NCBI RefSeq assembly: GCF_964355755.1 | Contig: NC_092676.1 | Coordinates: forward strand, 13,968,871 to 14,032,870 | DNA length: 64,000 bases | Source: Antedon mediterranea | Lineage: Eukaryota > Animalia > Echinodermata | Direction: 5' to 3' | Shown: piece by piece, positions 11,101 through 26,100 of the stretch | How the letters are laid out: each line of letters opens with the position of its first letter | How positions within the stretch are numbered: the first letter of the stretch is position 1 | Made by a program: the position numbers and the translations under genes | Notes under the pieces: model-generated | Told to the model about the DNA's origin: nothing | What the model saw: the letters and a program-made list of their open reading frames with translations, nothing else | Database searches by the model: none

Positions 11101-14100
11101 CAATGTATTATAGTCCTGCGGTACGTACATTTGAAATCGCCAGTTTTTTTACCCTGAAATTACTGTGTATTCGAGAACCATCTGTGGGCGCGGCACCATC
11201 TAGTTTAAATAATATAATATAAGTTGGTTGATATACAGTTTGTTTGTTTGGGTATTTTCAATATTCAAAGGCAGTGTAGTTTAAACAAGAAATATTTCTT
11301 ACAAAAAAACGCTGCTCGCTTGTTGACGTAACAGTTTTAAAGGACAACTGTACCGAGGACCATATTTTAAAAACGTATTAGGGGTATACATATGATTTCA
11401 GAACCATCGCGAAATCGAGGATATCGCCGCACGCGCTCGCCGTACAGCCGTCGCCGTAAATTGCTGTGACGTCACAGGTGCATCGCATAATCTACTTAAT
11501 GAGTTTTCGCTGTTGTTACCATACAATAGATAGGTACCGTCACTTCAATTGCTTATTTAACCTTTTAAATTACTTAAATTTGCCAAAATGTTTTCCTGGT
11601 ATTTTGAAGAAACACTTCAATATCCAGATAGACAAAACAAACAATAAAACAATTCAACTTTTATATTTTTTACGATTTATTTAAAAAGTGTGTTTACTAG
11701 AAATGTTCGCGCTTTGCGAGACTTGTCTATGGGACCCGAAGAGTAGCTAGTAGAAACATGACGTATGACGTTCTGGAATCATTCAACCATATCGGACTCA
11801 AAACACGCCGGCATTTTCAGTTCCCTCTCTCTACTATACTACTCTACACAATGTTGATCACACCACCGTCACACACACGAGGAGGAGGAAGCTCGCACAC
11901 GGCCCAAAAATCGCTAGCTAGCAGAGAAAAAGTTTTGAGTCCGATATGGTTGAATGATTCCAGAACGTCATACGTCATGTTTCTACTAGCTACTCTTCGG
12001 GTCCCATAGACAAGTCTCGCAAAGCGCGAACATTTCTAGTAAACACACTTTTTAAATAAATCGTAAAAAATATAAAAGTTGAATTGTTTTATTGTTTGTT
12101 TTGTCTATATGGATATTGAAGTGTTTCTTCAAAATACCAGGAAAACATTTTGGCAAATTTAAGTAATTTAAAAGGTTAAATAAGCAATTGAAGTGACGGT
12201 ACCTATCTATTGTATGGTAACAACAGCGAAAACTCATTAAGTAGATTATGCGATGCACCTGTGACGTCACAGCAATTTACGGCGACGGCTGTACGGCGAG
12301 CGCGTGCGGCAATATCCTCGATTTCGCGATGGTTCTGAAATCATATGTATACCCCTAATACGTTTTTAAAATATGGTCCTCGGTACAGTTGTCCTTTAAA
12401 GATATTATATTGTCCCCCTGAAAAATATTTTTTATTTCAAATTTGTTTTTGAATGTGTCATTTTATTTTTATTGTCACATATTAATAGTTATTCACATTA
12501 ATTAGATGTTTTGCCCTACTCTGACGTAATAAGCTCGGTGGTCTAGAGGTATGAACGCCAGGCTAGTGATCTGGAGGTCGTGGGTTTGAGTCCCACCCGA
12601 GAACTACTTGCGAATTTTTTCGCAAGTATTCTCAAATGTACTTAGTATAAAGTACAAATTACGTCAGAGTAGGGCAAAACATCTAATTATTCAACTCCCG
12701 GACGCAAAACTACAATTATTCACATTAACCAAACAATTATTTACCTGAAAAAATGTAATTTAAAGCAAAAAATACTTAAATTGTCTGTCAGACAATGGTT
12801 TTTGGGTTATAATTAAACGTTTCTTTTCTGTTTTTATACATGAATAAATATTATGTTTTTGTTACAGAAGTGAATAACTTTTATATTTGAAGTAAAATAC
12901 AACAAGAATTCATACTTTGAAGTCATAATAGTGCAATTGAAATTGAAAAATAAAAAATACTGAATCTGATGATGATGTGCTTATTAAATAATTTAAATAA
13001 AAATGATGTCTAAATAATATTACTTTATTATACTAAACAGACTCAATTTCTGTCACTTTAGTTTATTTTATAAATTATTGCTAAGGTCAAGTCTGGGGGT
13101 CACTTCATCAAGCCTACTGTAGATGCTTCAAGTGTCAACAAATTGTATCCTATTACAACCAAAAACTTTACTATTATATGGACTGTTTTGATAATAATTG
13201 AATGATTATCTGACAGCGAATTACAGTATTATAATATCTGTCTAGATTGACAGTCAAATGGGACTCATTGTAAATACCAGAAATAATGTTTTGATTATTT
13301 GACAGTGAATTATTATAATACTGGCCTACTGTATGTTGACAGCAAGAACAAAGTCATTATTTATTGAACAAGATTTTACAGATTACTGTCTACATGCATC
13401 TATGGGTACTGTATGTTCAGACTGACTCACAGCGTTACGGTGGAGTTACTGTATGTAAGCGGCATACATATTTTTGTGTCTGAACCAAGCCATGGATTAG
13501 CGTTAGAGAGTGTTAATAACCCTAGCAGGAGAGAAAAGATTTAATAACGCTAATCCAGTGATGAATCAGTGATTTTAACCTTAACCAATGAAAAGACACG
13601 ACCACGATTAGCAGACAGCAACTACATACCTGTACCCTAGTAGTATACGACAGCGAAATAGCTATGTCAAATGTATTTTCAGGTTTTCAACAGTAAAGTT
13701 GGCGTCAGTGATATGATGTTTTCATAAATTAAATCAATTAATCAGATAATTTTCCATGTAATAATTACGTTTATTACTTTGAATTAAAATGCAATTCTAC
13801 AAGTAGTAAGAACAAATCAGTATATTTAAAGGTAACATTATATAAATAGAAATAACAAAAAAACAATTTTACGACAGCATAGCAGGGTACGTACATTTTT
13901 GTTAACCTTACCTGACTTTTACCTGGGTCCATATGAATGAATTCAAAATTGCTTTTTAAAATGTATAATTTAGCTTAACAACATACTCTTCTATAGGTCT
14001 AGCACCCTTGTTTAAGACCTACAGTATGCATAGGCTAGGCCTACTTCTTTAGTCGTACATCTCATCATATTAACTCTTTCACTGCGCAGCATTAGTCCCA

Positions 14101-17100
14101 CCTATGGCATCTGTATGTAGTAGTTATGAACCAGTGTAATATTCTGTTGCATTTTCTCATTGTCAGTACTTAAGCGCTTGAATCTAAAGCGATTACTTTG
14201 TTATACCTGTTTATATTGCCACCTTTATTACTGTTATTTTTTATTTATTTTTTAAATTAACATGGTGCTTAGCATTAGATACTGACCATGATATCTTTAA
14301 CAGCGCTGGCGCCTATTGTTCTCAGGTTGACAATCGACAAGTATTACGAACCCCGTTATGTAAAACATCTTAGGAATGCCTGTTGTCAGAACAACCTTTT
14401 GTCTATTCTTCATCTTAATACGCGGAGACTGTCAGACTTGCTGCTTGTTTTAGACTGTGATTTTGACATTATAGAAATGTTCTTGGTGAGGTTCTCAGCC
14501 GGGGCAAAAAGAAGAAAGCTGTTACCCCTGACTAAATCCACTGCTGATGGTTTCATTGATTATTTTACAAATATTGGGGCAGCCCTGGATAATAATATCC
14601 AGACTAGCAACATAAACTATCAGATATTTTTAAAAGATAGTTTTACTAACTCCTTTTTTGATCCTACCAGCCCAGAAGAAATTATACAACTTGTTACAAC
14701 ACTGAAGGTGTGGATGGTATAAAAATAGCAGGATCACTAAACATATTATTTACCCTCTTTCAATTCCGTAGTCGAGTCAAACTGTTTCATTACCCCAAAA
14801 AAATTGCATGAAAATGTTTTTTTGAAGTATTACAATAAAATATGGTCTCAAAAAACATATTTCAAAAGTTTACTCAAATCAAACTACCGCAAAGGTTCAA
14901 AATCTGACGTTAAAAAAGATGGCCGCCAATTTTTGAAAATCGATAACCGCTTGTAGTAGACAGCTGTGTCAAATTGTTCAAAATATTTATGTTAAAAAAA
15001 TAAGCGAAAACATAAGGTTTTTATCTTTGATACTTATGGCACAAAATATTTTCGAAACTACAGTACAGGAGGCATGTTACGTGATGTCTATGCAGAGCCT
15101 GTAATCAGCTATCACGAACTTAAACACACAGCATGTTGCAAACCTAAACATTCAAACGTAGTGTTTTATAAAAATGTTTAACTTATAAACTTGATTACGG
15201 ATTAATGTAGAGGAATCTTTATTTGTAATAACTGTCAAGTTTGGGACATTTAGTTTAATTGTTTGTTCCGATTATACCACTCTTCTGCTCCTGTAATTTC
15301 GTCCTCGTATAAATTCTCCACACACTTTCCAACAAAATCTGGAATGGGAATATTTGATGCACATTTACATTTCGATGGAAAGTTCAGATGTTTTTATTGT
15401 TTAATGTTTAATTTTGTCATTTTTATCTGTACAGTATTTGAATTTTGTTCACAGTTTTTGTCTTTCATTGGAAATGATATGCAGAGAAAGTAGATCCTGT
15501 GTAGATTCTTCAGCAGAGCCTGTATAATGAATGTGCTGAATGTTACTTTCAAATTTGATATTTATTCATCTGTTGATTTGCCATTATCGTTCCCAGTTTC
15601 CCATAACTTTTGGTACATGTTCAATCATGACAATTCCAACTGTGCCATAGTTTTTCTACTTTTCCGTGCCTAAAATTCAAATTTTCATAATGTAATAATA
15701 GATAATTATCTTCCAAAATTGCTATCTTTATGTTACATTTTGATGATGTCATCCTGTTAAAAATTGGATTAAAAGATGGGTCTCATAATTTCATCTATGC
15801 TACTACTGTATATAACAGTGTACTGTATACAGTGTATTCCGTAAATATAGTTATGCTTTATGACACAAAATACAGTAAGTACAATTCAGCACTGTAAACA
15901 TATTGAATTCATGTCATAGGATGGCGTAATAATTGTCGGCGTTCATATTTTAATGTATGTGCATGTTGCGTTTGCACGGATAACCCAAACTCGTCAAAGT
16001 GATGAGTTCAAATTTAGTTTTAATTTGCAGCCCAAAAAATTAACACTGACATTCAGCATTACCGACGTAAACGGTCACGTGAGGTTGCCAGACGCCGGAG
16101 AAAAATTTGCCGACACGAGTCTAGGCCTAGAGCTAGGCCTAGCCATACAACAGGATCAATGTAATGAATTACCGACGTAAACAGAATGAAGTATTATTTA
16201 TTAAAATATTCTACTTGCACCGCATTGACAGTTTTATCTTTCGAGCGTGATGGACGGGGCGAGCGCGAGGATGCTAGGGCGCACCTTTATTTTGGGTTAA
16301 TTTAATTAAAATTTGAAGTCAGTCAGCATTTGGTTTTTAATTATAAACTTTCTCTTTTTAAATAATGTATAATCATGAATTATTCCATATAAATATTTTA
16401 TAGCACAACACCGTATTTCATTTATTGATAGATCTTTACAATGTAAACGTCACAATAATCTCCAACTCAGCTGGACATTTGTACGTTTATAGGGGATCGT
16501 TTGCTTTTCAATTCATTTTATTCATCATCATTATTATGATCATATTATATTTATTTTGTGATGTTGTGCAAAACTAGGCTAGGCCCTAGGCCTAGGACTT
16601 CTTTCTTGTGGAGTGAGCTCAGTTGAAAACATTCAGAGGTCTTCTATACTTTACTGTAGCTGAAACTAAAAACATGAAAAATGCCGATGTGATGGCCAAC
16701 ATACTTTTTTTCTTATTTTAAGGGCTGTAATTTGATATAGCTGGCTGATTTGAATTTTATTGAATGTACTTTGCTTAAGCTGCCCCTGCCCAACATTTTT
16801 TATTTTTGTATGTTTTTGCATGTTATTGTATTGCTTGTCAAATATAAACACATTTTAAAATTTTATTTTATACCAACTTACAACATTTATAAAATGGGTT
16901 ATTTCAATAATTTGGTACTACATTCATGTGTAGTTGATTTTTTTTTTCATTTAAAACTTTTTAGAACTTAGTTTGTATGAGTTAAATCGTACGCCCCAGG
17001 AAGCTATTACTGATGATACTGAAATTGCAGTTTCTCCACGTAGCTTGCATAGTGAGCTGATGTGTCCAATATGCCTTGATATGTTAAAAAACACTATGAC

Positions 17101-20100
17101 AACAAAAGAGTGTCTGCATCGATTCTGCCAAGACTGTATTATTACTGCTTTAAGAAGTGGGTAAGAAATTGTTTTGATAAATTTAATTTGATTGCATAGT
17201 GGATTACTACACTTTTTTTTCTACCTTGCAAAATTATTTTTTTTAATTGATAAAAAATGTATATTTTTTTTTAGCAATAAAGAATGTCCAACATGCAGAA
17301 AAAAACTGGTATCGAAGCGGTCTCTTCGACCAGATCCAAATTTTGACGACCTAATATCCAAGATATATCCGAGTCGAGAAGAGTATGATGCCCACCAGGA
17401 ACGTGTTCTCTTGAGTTTAACAAAAAATACAAATCCTAATGCACTTAGCAGTAGCATTGAAGAGGGCATGAAATGGCAAGCTATGAACAGAGCTCAACGT
17501 GTAGTAAGTGTATTTGCCAGAATTAGGATGATGTAATAAAGCCTGGGGTTATTCATGCATACATATCATTTTTATTTTTCTGATACCATTTCTACAGAGG
17601 AAACAAAATCCAGTCAATATAGCAGTTGATAAACAGGTGGAAGTTTCTGGCGAAACAGAGCAGGTGCAGCCCCCTCAGAAGAGAACTCGAACATCTGACG
17701 AATCTGATGCTGAAGCACTTTGTGGCTACCAGCCAGCTATCATTAGTACTCCTGTTGAAATTGACATGCCATCTCTACCACCAGTGAACTCATGTGAAAC
17801 ACATGTTGTAGAAGATGAACCTGCTACTGAAGACTATGACCAAGATTACCAAGATGCTGCCACAGAAACAGAACAAGAACCAATACAAGAACCAACAGAA
17901 CCTGTACAGGTCAGTTTATTTTGCAGCATGCTTTTTAGTGCTTTATCAGTACAGTATATTACTTTGAAAATAAATATTACACCATCATTTATTATTATTA
18001 TGTTTCATTCATGACAAGTTTTTGTATTTACACTTGGTGAAAGGTTATTTCTTATCAAGGGTCAACTCTTTGTGCACTAAAAATGGCATGTTTTACAAGA
18101 AGTTACATGTGCACACGCATTTAAAATTTCAAAATGCGCAAAATTAATTTCTAATCAACTTTTTATGCGATTTATGACATTTTGCTGATGTCAAAATTTC
18201 CCCACGCGCACAATTTTGCGCATACAGTGCGCACTGAAAATGAAAATCATGTTTTTTCTCTTGAATTGTGATTGTCCAGCCTTTTCTAGTCATTTTGAAA
18301 AAGATTGACATCATTTCAAATTAAAATGATGTCATACAAACAAGTTGGTTTAGACCATTTGTGTGCATTTTAGTTGCAAAAGTGACAAAATATTGTCAAA
18401 ATTATGCCTATTTTTAATCTATTATAGCTCTAAATGAATTCATAGAAAGAATTCATGCAGAATATTTAACTCTCGGATGTTATGATGTCATCATATGGCC
18501 ATCTGAATTAATATTAAAAATTGGATTTTTATCACATTCGATATTTTACATGTATGGTGCACACGGAATATGAAAATCATGTTTTTTCCTCTTGAAATTT
18601 GATTTTCCAGCCTTTGCTAGTAATTTTAAAAACGATTGAGATCATTTAAGCTTTAAATTACGCCATACAAACATGTTTGATTAGACATGTGCATGCGTTT
18701 TAGTTAAAAAAAATTACAAAATCACTTATTTCATCTTTACAGTAAATCTCAATCTGTTATATAGCTCTTTAGAATAAAAAGTGATACTCATGATGAAAAT
18801 GTGTTCTGGAAGATGTTAAATTGTAGATATGAATTCATTTAAACATTTTTCCAAACGGATGTTGGGACATCATCATATGGCCAGTTGAATGAATTCTTCA
18901 TAATTAGTTCATCACATTTAAAAGAGCGCTCATCTACATTCTACCTATTTAAATCGCTTCATGTTAATTTAATATGTTGTTGCTCACACTATTTTCTTCC
19001 GAAATTGCTAACTTCGTGTTTCATTTTGATGACGTCATCATGTTAAAAACTGGTATCGTAATTTCACATATGCTACATTGTATGTAGTATGTATACAGTA
19101 TATACTGTATCTGCACATGACACAAAATAGACAGAATTCAGCACTAGCAACATATTCTTCAGGTCATAATGGTATAATCTTTTTCTGTGTGTAACATTAC
19201 AACGTATGGCGTGCACGTGGCGTATGTTGTGCGGATAACTAACTCGTCAAAGTGACGAGTTCATATCTAGTTAGAATTAGAATTTATTGGGAGATATTAC
19301 AGTATGTATAATACAATGATGAGCTTTGACGGGATGGACCACCCTGTTGAAATAAATAAATAAATCATGTTTTGTTTATGTATATTTTATTCTTTCTGTA
19401 GGAAATAGAATTGGTGTTTAAACCATACCCATTGGATGAAAAAGAGAAGAAACGAGCTAGCAGTCGTTATTTGAAAACAACTGCAAACGCAACCATAGAT
19501 CATCTTGCCAGATATCTGTCAATTAGATTGTCTATTGAAAGCAAAGGTTACACTTTTATTTTGTTTTATTTATTATATAATTTTGTTATGATCAAATGTT
19601 TGTGTACTGGTTAGGGGCCAGGTCAAAATTATATTACTCTGTGTAACACAACGTTTACACTACAGTGGTTAACGCACTAAATGTTTATGCATAATCTTGT
19701 AGATTTCAGTAATTGCGTTAGCAAATTGATTATTCATAAGTAAGCAAATAAATATAGTAGTAGGACAGCAGAAACAGGAGACACGCTCTGTTGATTTTTG
19801 GAGTTAATACAAGCATTTAAACAATAAATATCCTGCCTAATTTATTACATTCTACTGTTACTATTATTTATACCAAAAATCACCCAGACCACGATCAGAC
19901 AGTGGGCAAACCCTGTCAACGTCTAAATATAGTGCGATGTCGTTGGTGGTATACACGCATGAAGTTGTTGACTAGGCTAGAAGGATGAACAAGACGGTGC
20001 TAATAACTTTTATTAGCTGAAAATATAATTCTGAAAAAAATATCCGTGTACTGTTTTTTTCGTTTTATTAAAAATCATTAAATAAAATAATTACATCACG

Positions 20101-23100
20101 ATAGATGTCACAAATACGGAAAATGGTCAACCCAAGAATATGAATATACACAGTGATAATTTCTTGCCAGTGGTGTGGCGTGTACATCAAATGGAATTTC
20201 TACAACAATCGTTCGGCTCGCTCGGAATTGTTTTTTCAACCAACGATTGATCAGAGCTAGCTTATGGCAAGCCAAATCTGCCAAAAGTCCTCAATCCATA
20301 CTGTTAAACAACAATGCATTCATTTACCGTCTTAGCAACACGATTTGTTATCAATTCATTGTCAAGTAAAACCATTCATTGTCAAGCCATGCATTGTCCT
20401 GTGAAATCATTCATCATCAAACCAATCCATTCATCGTGAAGTCGCCAGCAAGTCAAACGATTCATCGTAAAATAATTCATCGGGAAGCCAGATCATTCAT
20501 CGCGAAACCACCCTTCACCATGAAGTCAAATTGTTCATAGCCAGACCAATCACCGTGATAACAAACCAATCATCATGTAGCTATTTGTTTCATATCCAAG
20601 CCAAACCGTTCTTCGTTAAGTCATTCATATTTAAGTCATTCGTCCTCAAGTCGTTAGTCCTCCAGTCATTCGTCCTCCAGTCATTCATCATTAAGTCATT
20701 CATCATTAAGTCCTCAAGTCATTCATCATCAAGCTGTTCATCCTCAAGTCGTTCATCTTCAAGTCGTTCGTCTGCAAGTCGTTCGTCCTCAAGTCGTTCG
20801 TCCTCAAGTCGTTCGTCTTCAAGTCGTTCGTCTTCAAGTCGTTCGTCTTCAAGTCGTTCGTCCTCAAGTCGTTCGTCTTCAAGTCGTTCGTCTTCAAGTC
20901 GTTCGTCTTCAAGTTGTTCACTGAAGTTCATCGTCATGCACCAATGATTGCACTACAGAATTTGTTTACCAATTGAAGATTTGGACGATTCCATTATTGA
21001 TAGGGTAGCGAAAATAGTCGTACCGCATTTATATTTATGTGACTTATTATGTAATTAATTATTTCAATGCAAAAAAAAAACAAAAACAAAACAAGATTTT
21101 TTTTTTCAAAACATGTTTTTGTTTTTCAAAAAGTTCATGTAGTATTTTATTTTCAAATGAATATATTTCAAAAGTACATTATTAAAAATATCTGACATAA
21201 TTTTCAATTATATTTTTTTTTATTTTGGGAGGTAAAATTGCAGATAAAGCCTTTTCTCAAATTATTTGTACTTAAAAATGGCGGGAAATACTTCGAAAAC
21301 AGGGCACTTTTGCATAAATTTTTTTTAAATTTTTGATGAAAATTTACCAAAACTGCATAGAAGTATAGCCAGAGCCTTGCATATTTTATTAATATTACCA
21401 ACTACTTAAAATTACCTGTCGTAAGAAAGTGAACTTGCCGATTGTGATGAAATTAAAACAGAATTGTTCAGCAATATATTGTTTTTGTCAATTAATCATC
21501 GATACAGGCATGTCAATAGAACAATCAGACTGCGCATACGATTTCTACATTGCTACGTTTTGATCTAAAAAAATATAACAGTTGATTTGCAGCTTTCTAT
21601 AGAGGGCCGCGGTTATAGACACGGAGTTCAATGAGCGTGTTTGTTTGATTGGCAGCAGTGCTTTAGTATAGGCAAGAGCATTGGAAAATCGTTTGATGTC
21701 ACCGTCGATGCATATCCTTCTATTCCTTAATCCATGACTACATCAAATATGAAATTGTTTTTGTACAAAATCATTCGCATTAAATACACATACACTAATC
21801 AATACCATGATAAAAGGCTTAATTTAAATAAAAATAGTAATATCCTACATTTAAGTATTTATAATCCCTTTTTAGAACCATGCAGTACTGGGACCATCGG
21901 AAAATGTGCAAGACTGTGGTAAAATTGTGATTTTTTATTGTAAATATTTAGATCAGACATGATAGTTTCAAGGTTTTAAAAACATTGTAGTACTGTATGT
22001 ACGTATAGCCAGAGCCTTGCAGCACGGCGGTGACGGTCACACATCTGGGAATTCCTCTGTTCACTGTACAAACTCTACTTTACTACCGCATGTTGTCCCT
22101 GAAAAAAAAAACTTTGTTCGGTTTCCAAAAATGTGAATTCCCCTTAATTGAAAACGGTGGAAACACATGTAACATATACTGTATTACAAAATGTACAAAC
22201 CATTTACCATGTGCGCCGTTTTTTATTTATTTACGAAGCAATCACCTCATGAACATGCATGATGCAAAACGTTAGTAGCGGTAGCACTCAACGCTTCAAT
22301 GAACATGGTTTCACCCACCTCATTAACAAGTTGTAATACACCGAACAACGATAACCATTGTGCACCGCGTTACACAGAGTAGTATAATTTTGACACTTCC
22401 CCTTAGTCAATACCATGGCAGCTACTTGCCTTTTGTACAGACATTTATTTATCAAGTTTTTACAGTAACACAATTTACAGTATAAATGAAAATAATCAGA
22501 GTTTCCAAATTCTCTGAAATTTGCAGGTTTCCCTGGTTTTTAAAAAACCAATTTTTTTCTAGGGCTTGTTTTTGTTTACTTTGATCTTATTCATTTTAGA
22601 AAGCAGTAAAAGAGCAGAAATGGTATATAAGATCTATGTATCAATGGGAAATGGACAGTATACTGTGAGTTTAATTCATGTTTTGCATTAGCTGCATGCC
22701 GTAACTACTGTATCTCTTTTACCAGAAAACCTGCCTGACCTGACAGGTTTTCAAACCAGGTTTTGCCAGTGTCTTATTTCAGTATTTACATACATTACAT
22801 AAGGCATACACTGTGCTCAAGCGTTTATGATGTGTGAGTAAATCAGTTGTGTACATTGGCTAAGTGTGTTTTAAATTGAAAAAACCCCCAAATATTATAT
22901 ATTCAGTTGTATAAAAATAAAACTTATAATACATACAACTTTGAATAAAATAAATCGTAACATGCTCATGCTATTTATTAGGCTTAGAGTCACAGTAGGC
23001 TGCATTACAACGATTGTATGAACAGCATAGCATCGATAAAAACTGTTCAACAAATGTCAAAAGTTGACGTTATTGGCATTGTAAACACACATCAAACTTT

Positions 23101-26100
23101 AAAAATCGTGCGCTTGAAAAGTTTAGTTGACGGTTAGTTTTTATTTTACACCACTCGCGTTTATTTAATTATTTGAATATGATGACCTTTTCAAATTAAA
23201 TAAAAGTTTGTATATCTGAAGGAGAATGGCTTGATAACATTCTTGAAAATGTGAAGAAAATTGATACTGTAATATTTATGCGATTCACGCGCTATTGAAT
23301 GTGCCGAACTGTGTCGAAAAAGATAAAAATTCAATTTTAGAAATTCATATGATGACGTCATAACATACTTCGGTCTACATTTCACATGAAATAAACTCAT
23401 TATCTTTTATAATAAGTTAAAAAAATAGGGAGTCTCCAGCCATCCCGGAGAGCTATAATCGATTCAAATTTTTACAAAAAATTGCATAAAATTACCTATT
23501 TTCAAGCGCACGATTTTTAAAGTTTGACGTGCACGTGTGTCATTATTTTACAGTCATAAATCATCAAAAATGAAAGGAACTTATCATAAAAGGTATACAG
23601 AACAACAATCAAGTGCAAAAATTTCTTTCTAAGCTGCGTACGAGCTAGCAGTGCACAGTGGGCCAGAATCAATTCAAAGTGTGCCAAAAGTCCAAAATGG
23701 TAAATGTGGCATTCCAAACTTTTTAATATTGGATTAGGAAGAAGACATCTTAAATTATATAAATCCGCTAATAATTTTATTTCTTGTAAATTTTATAGTG
23801 TCTTGTAACCATGGAAACTGGAAGAAACCATGACATTTCACTTAAAATGAGAAAAAAAAACCAGTTTTGATAAATTCGCTGTTATTTTTTCTAGAAAAAA
23901 GCAATGGATTTGATACTGCATGAAATTGTTGTCTGTTATTAATCATATTAGGCAGTAAAATCACATTTTCGATTATTGCTTTATTTTAGGGTTAAAAGTC
24001 GCCAAATAGAGCCCAAAAATACAAAAAAGTCATATTTAAAAGCACTAAAATAGTTTGGATTTGCGTCGATTCGCGCGCTAATTTTTACATTAATATTTCG
24101 AGCAAAGCTTGAGCTTTACGTTAATACCAAATTTGGCTGCGAAAATTTGCGACATTGCATATAGGAAGCGATTTAAATGTCCCTATGCGTGCCGTTTTAA
24201 AATAAATGTATAATGCATTTTCATTGACACATTGATGTACCGCAATCACACGAACTTGACGAAGAGAAAACCTTTCTACGACGCATCTGTATTGGAAAGG
24301 GAATGCTACCAGTGTGAGAATAAGCATTCATAAGTGTAGGTACAGGTAACATAGCCTTCATATCAAAATAGCTGTCCATTCGGCTGGTTTAATTACCAAC
24401 ATTGAACTAGCCTGCAATGTATGTTTACGTGAATTGCGTTTACATTACAATGCAAGAAATGACGAGAACATACCAAAAGAACTTTTGGAGTATACTACTA
24501 AAACTATCAAACCATTTCTTTATTGTTTACGAAGAAGATGGTACAAGTATGGCCATCACAAGGTTCATTTCATCAGCTATAATAGTCAGAGAACCAGAAG
24601 AACTTCTCTATGTTGCTTCACAAGGCATCTATAAGCAAAATTCACATTTAAAATATGTGCTGAAGTTTTCAATGCTAACACCATCAAGACCAGCTAAAAT
24701 AAGAAAGTTAATATCCGAAAAAAAACAGAACCGATCAAGTTTACAAGTGAAGAAGCTTTGTCACTTTTAGCTAGTTGAAACTGATGACAAAACAGTCATA
24801 CCAAACAGGTTTGTGCAACGTGAGGGAAGCTAAGCATAGATGCTACCCAAATAATATAACGGTTAAAGAAGATTCGGCCAGACACTACAATTTACAACTC
24901 ACTATGGTTGACCGAAAGGTCGTGAATGCTTTGACTGAAACCAAGTAATCAATGCGGGCCATGTTATATATGTAGAGCTACTCCAAGACAGTTTAATGAT
25001 TTGGATAAACTCCCATCGTCAAGTGAAAAAGCCTACAGCTATGAGCTCTCACCACTACACAAATGGAGTAGGTGGCAGGGTTTATTCTTTGAATAACGTA
25101 TGGTACTACAATACATATCCTGGTAACACTGATAATAAATTGTAAGGCCTAGCACATAACACCGCCTTCGATCACAATGTCCCTTTCAATGCCGTTTTAC
25201 GTGATCGGCTTTATACTGTAGTGTATAAGCATAATTTGCATATAAGTGGATAAATACCACAATAATAGAGGGCGCACACTTTAACACGTTTTGCCATTCA
25301 TTTTTGGTACCGACAAGATTGGTTCCCCTATCCGAATGTAGTTGTCTGACTGGTCCACGAACACTAACGAACCGTCTTAATGCGTTAATGAGCGAATTGG
25401 TTTCCAACGTATTTGCTGTCTCTAAATGTATGGCCTTCGATGATAAACAAATGAAAAGTACTCCGTACCTTTTTACGAGGCTGCTTCTTTCTTTTATGTT
25501 AAAAGGTCCAAATAAATCTACTCCACTGTAGGTAAACGGTGCAGCATCTGAAATCCTCTCAGTTGGTAGGTCTGCCATCTTCTGGTTCGATAATTTACCC
25601 CTTATCTTGCGGCAGATTACACAACGATGAACCAATTCGCCAACTGTCGATAGACCGTGGATTATCCAATAGCCTCGTTGTCGGACTTCATTTAATGTTG
25701 AAACTTTCCTGGCATGGTACATCTGCTCATGAAAATGTGAGATAATAAGATTAGTTAAATGACACTTTTTCGGTAAGATCAAAGGATGCTTAACATCAAA
25801 TGCAAACTTGGAACGTTTTACTCTTCCCCCAACTCTTATAAGTTGGTTTTCATCTAAAAACGGATCTAGTCCACATAGAAAACTTGATCTTGTTAGTGTT
25901 TAACAGCTTGCTTAGTAATACTTTCTCATCGTAGAAGTGTTGATCTTGAACATGTTTCAATATTAACTTCTCACTTACTTGAATGTCATCTACACAAGGT
26001 ATGGTACAGTTCGAAGAAATCGATTTAAACACGCTACCCTCCTTTATGTGAACTTTGGCAGCGTTCATCAGTCGTTTCTTCCACATCAGACATTCCAAAT

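Noticed and set aside
11466-12270. Twin 72-aa ORFs on opposite strands
   Set aside because: Mirror images produced by the 464-bp inverted repeat; no protein similarity recognised.
20531-20947. Ser/Arg-rich and (LEDER)n ORFs
   Set aside because: Translations of the 15-bp minisatellite within an RNF2 intron.
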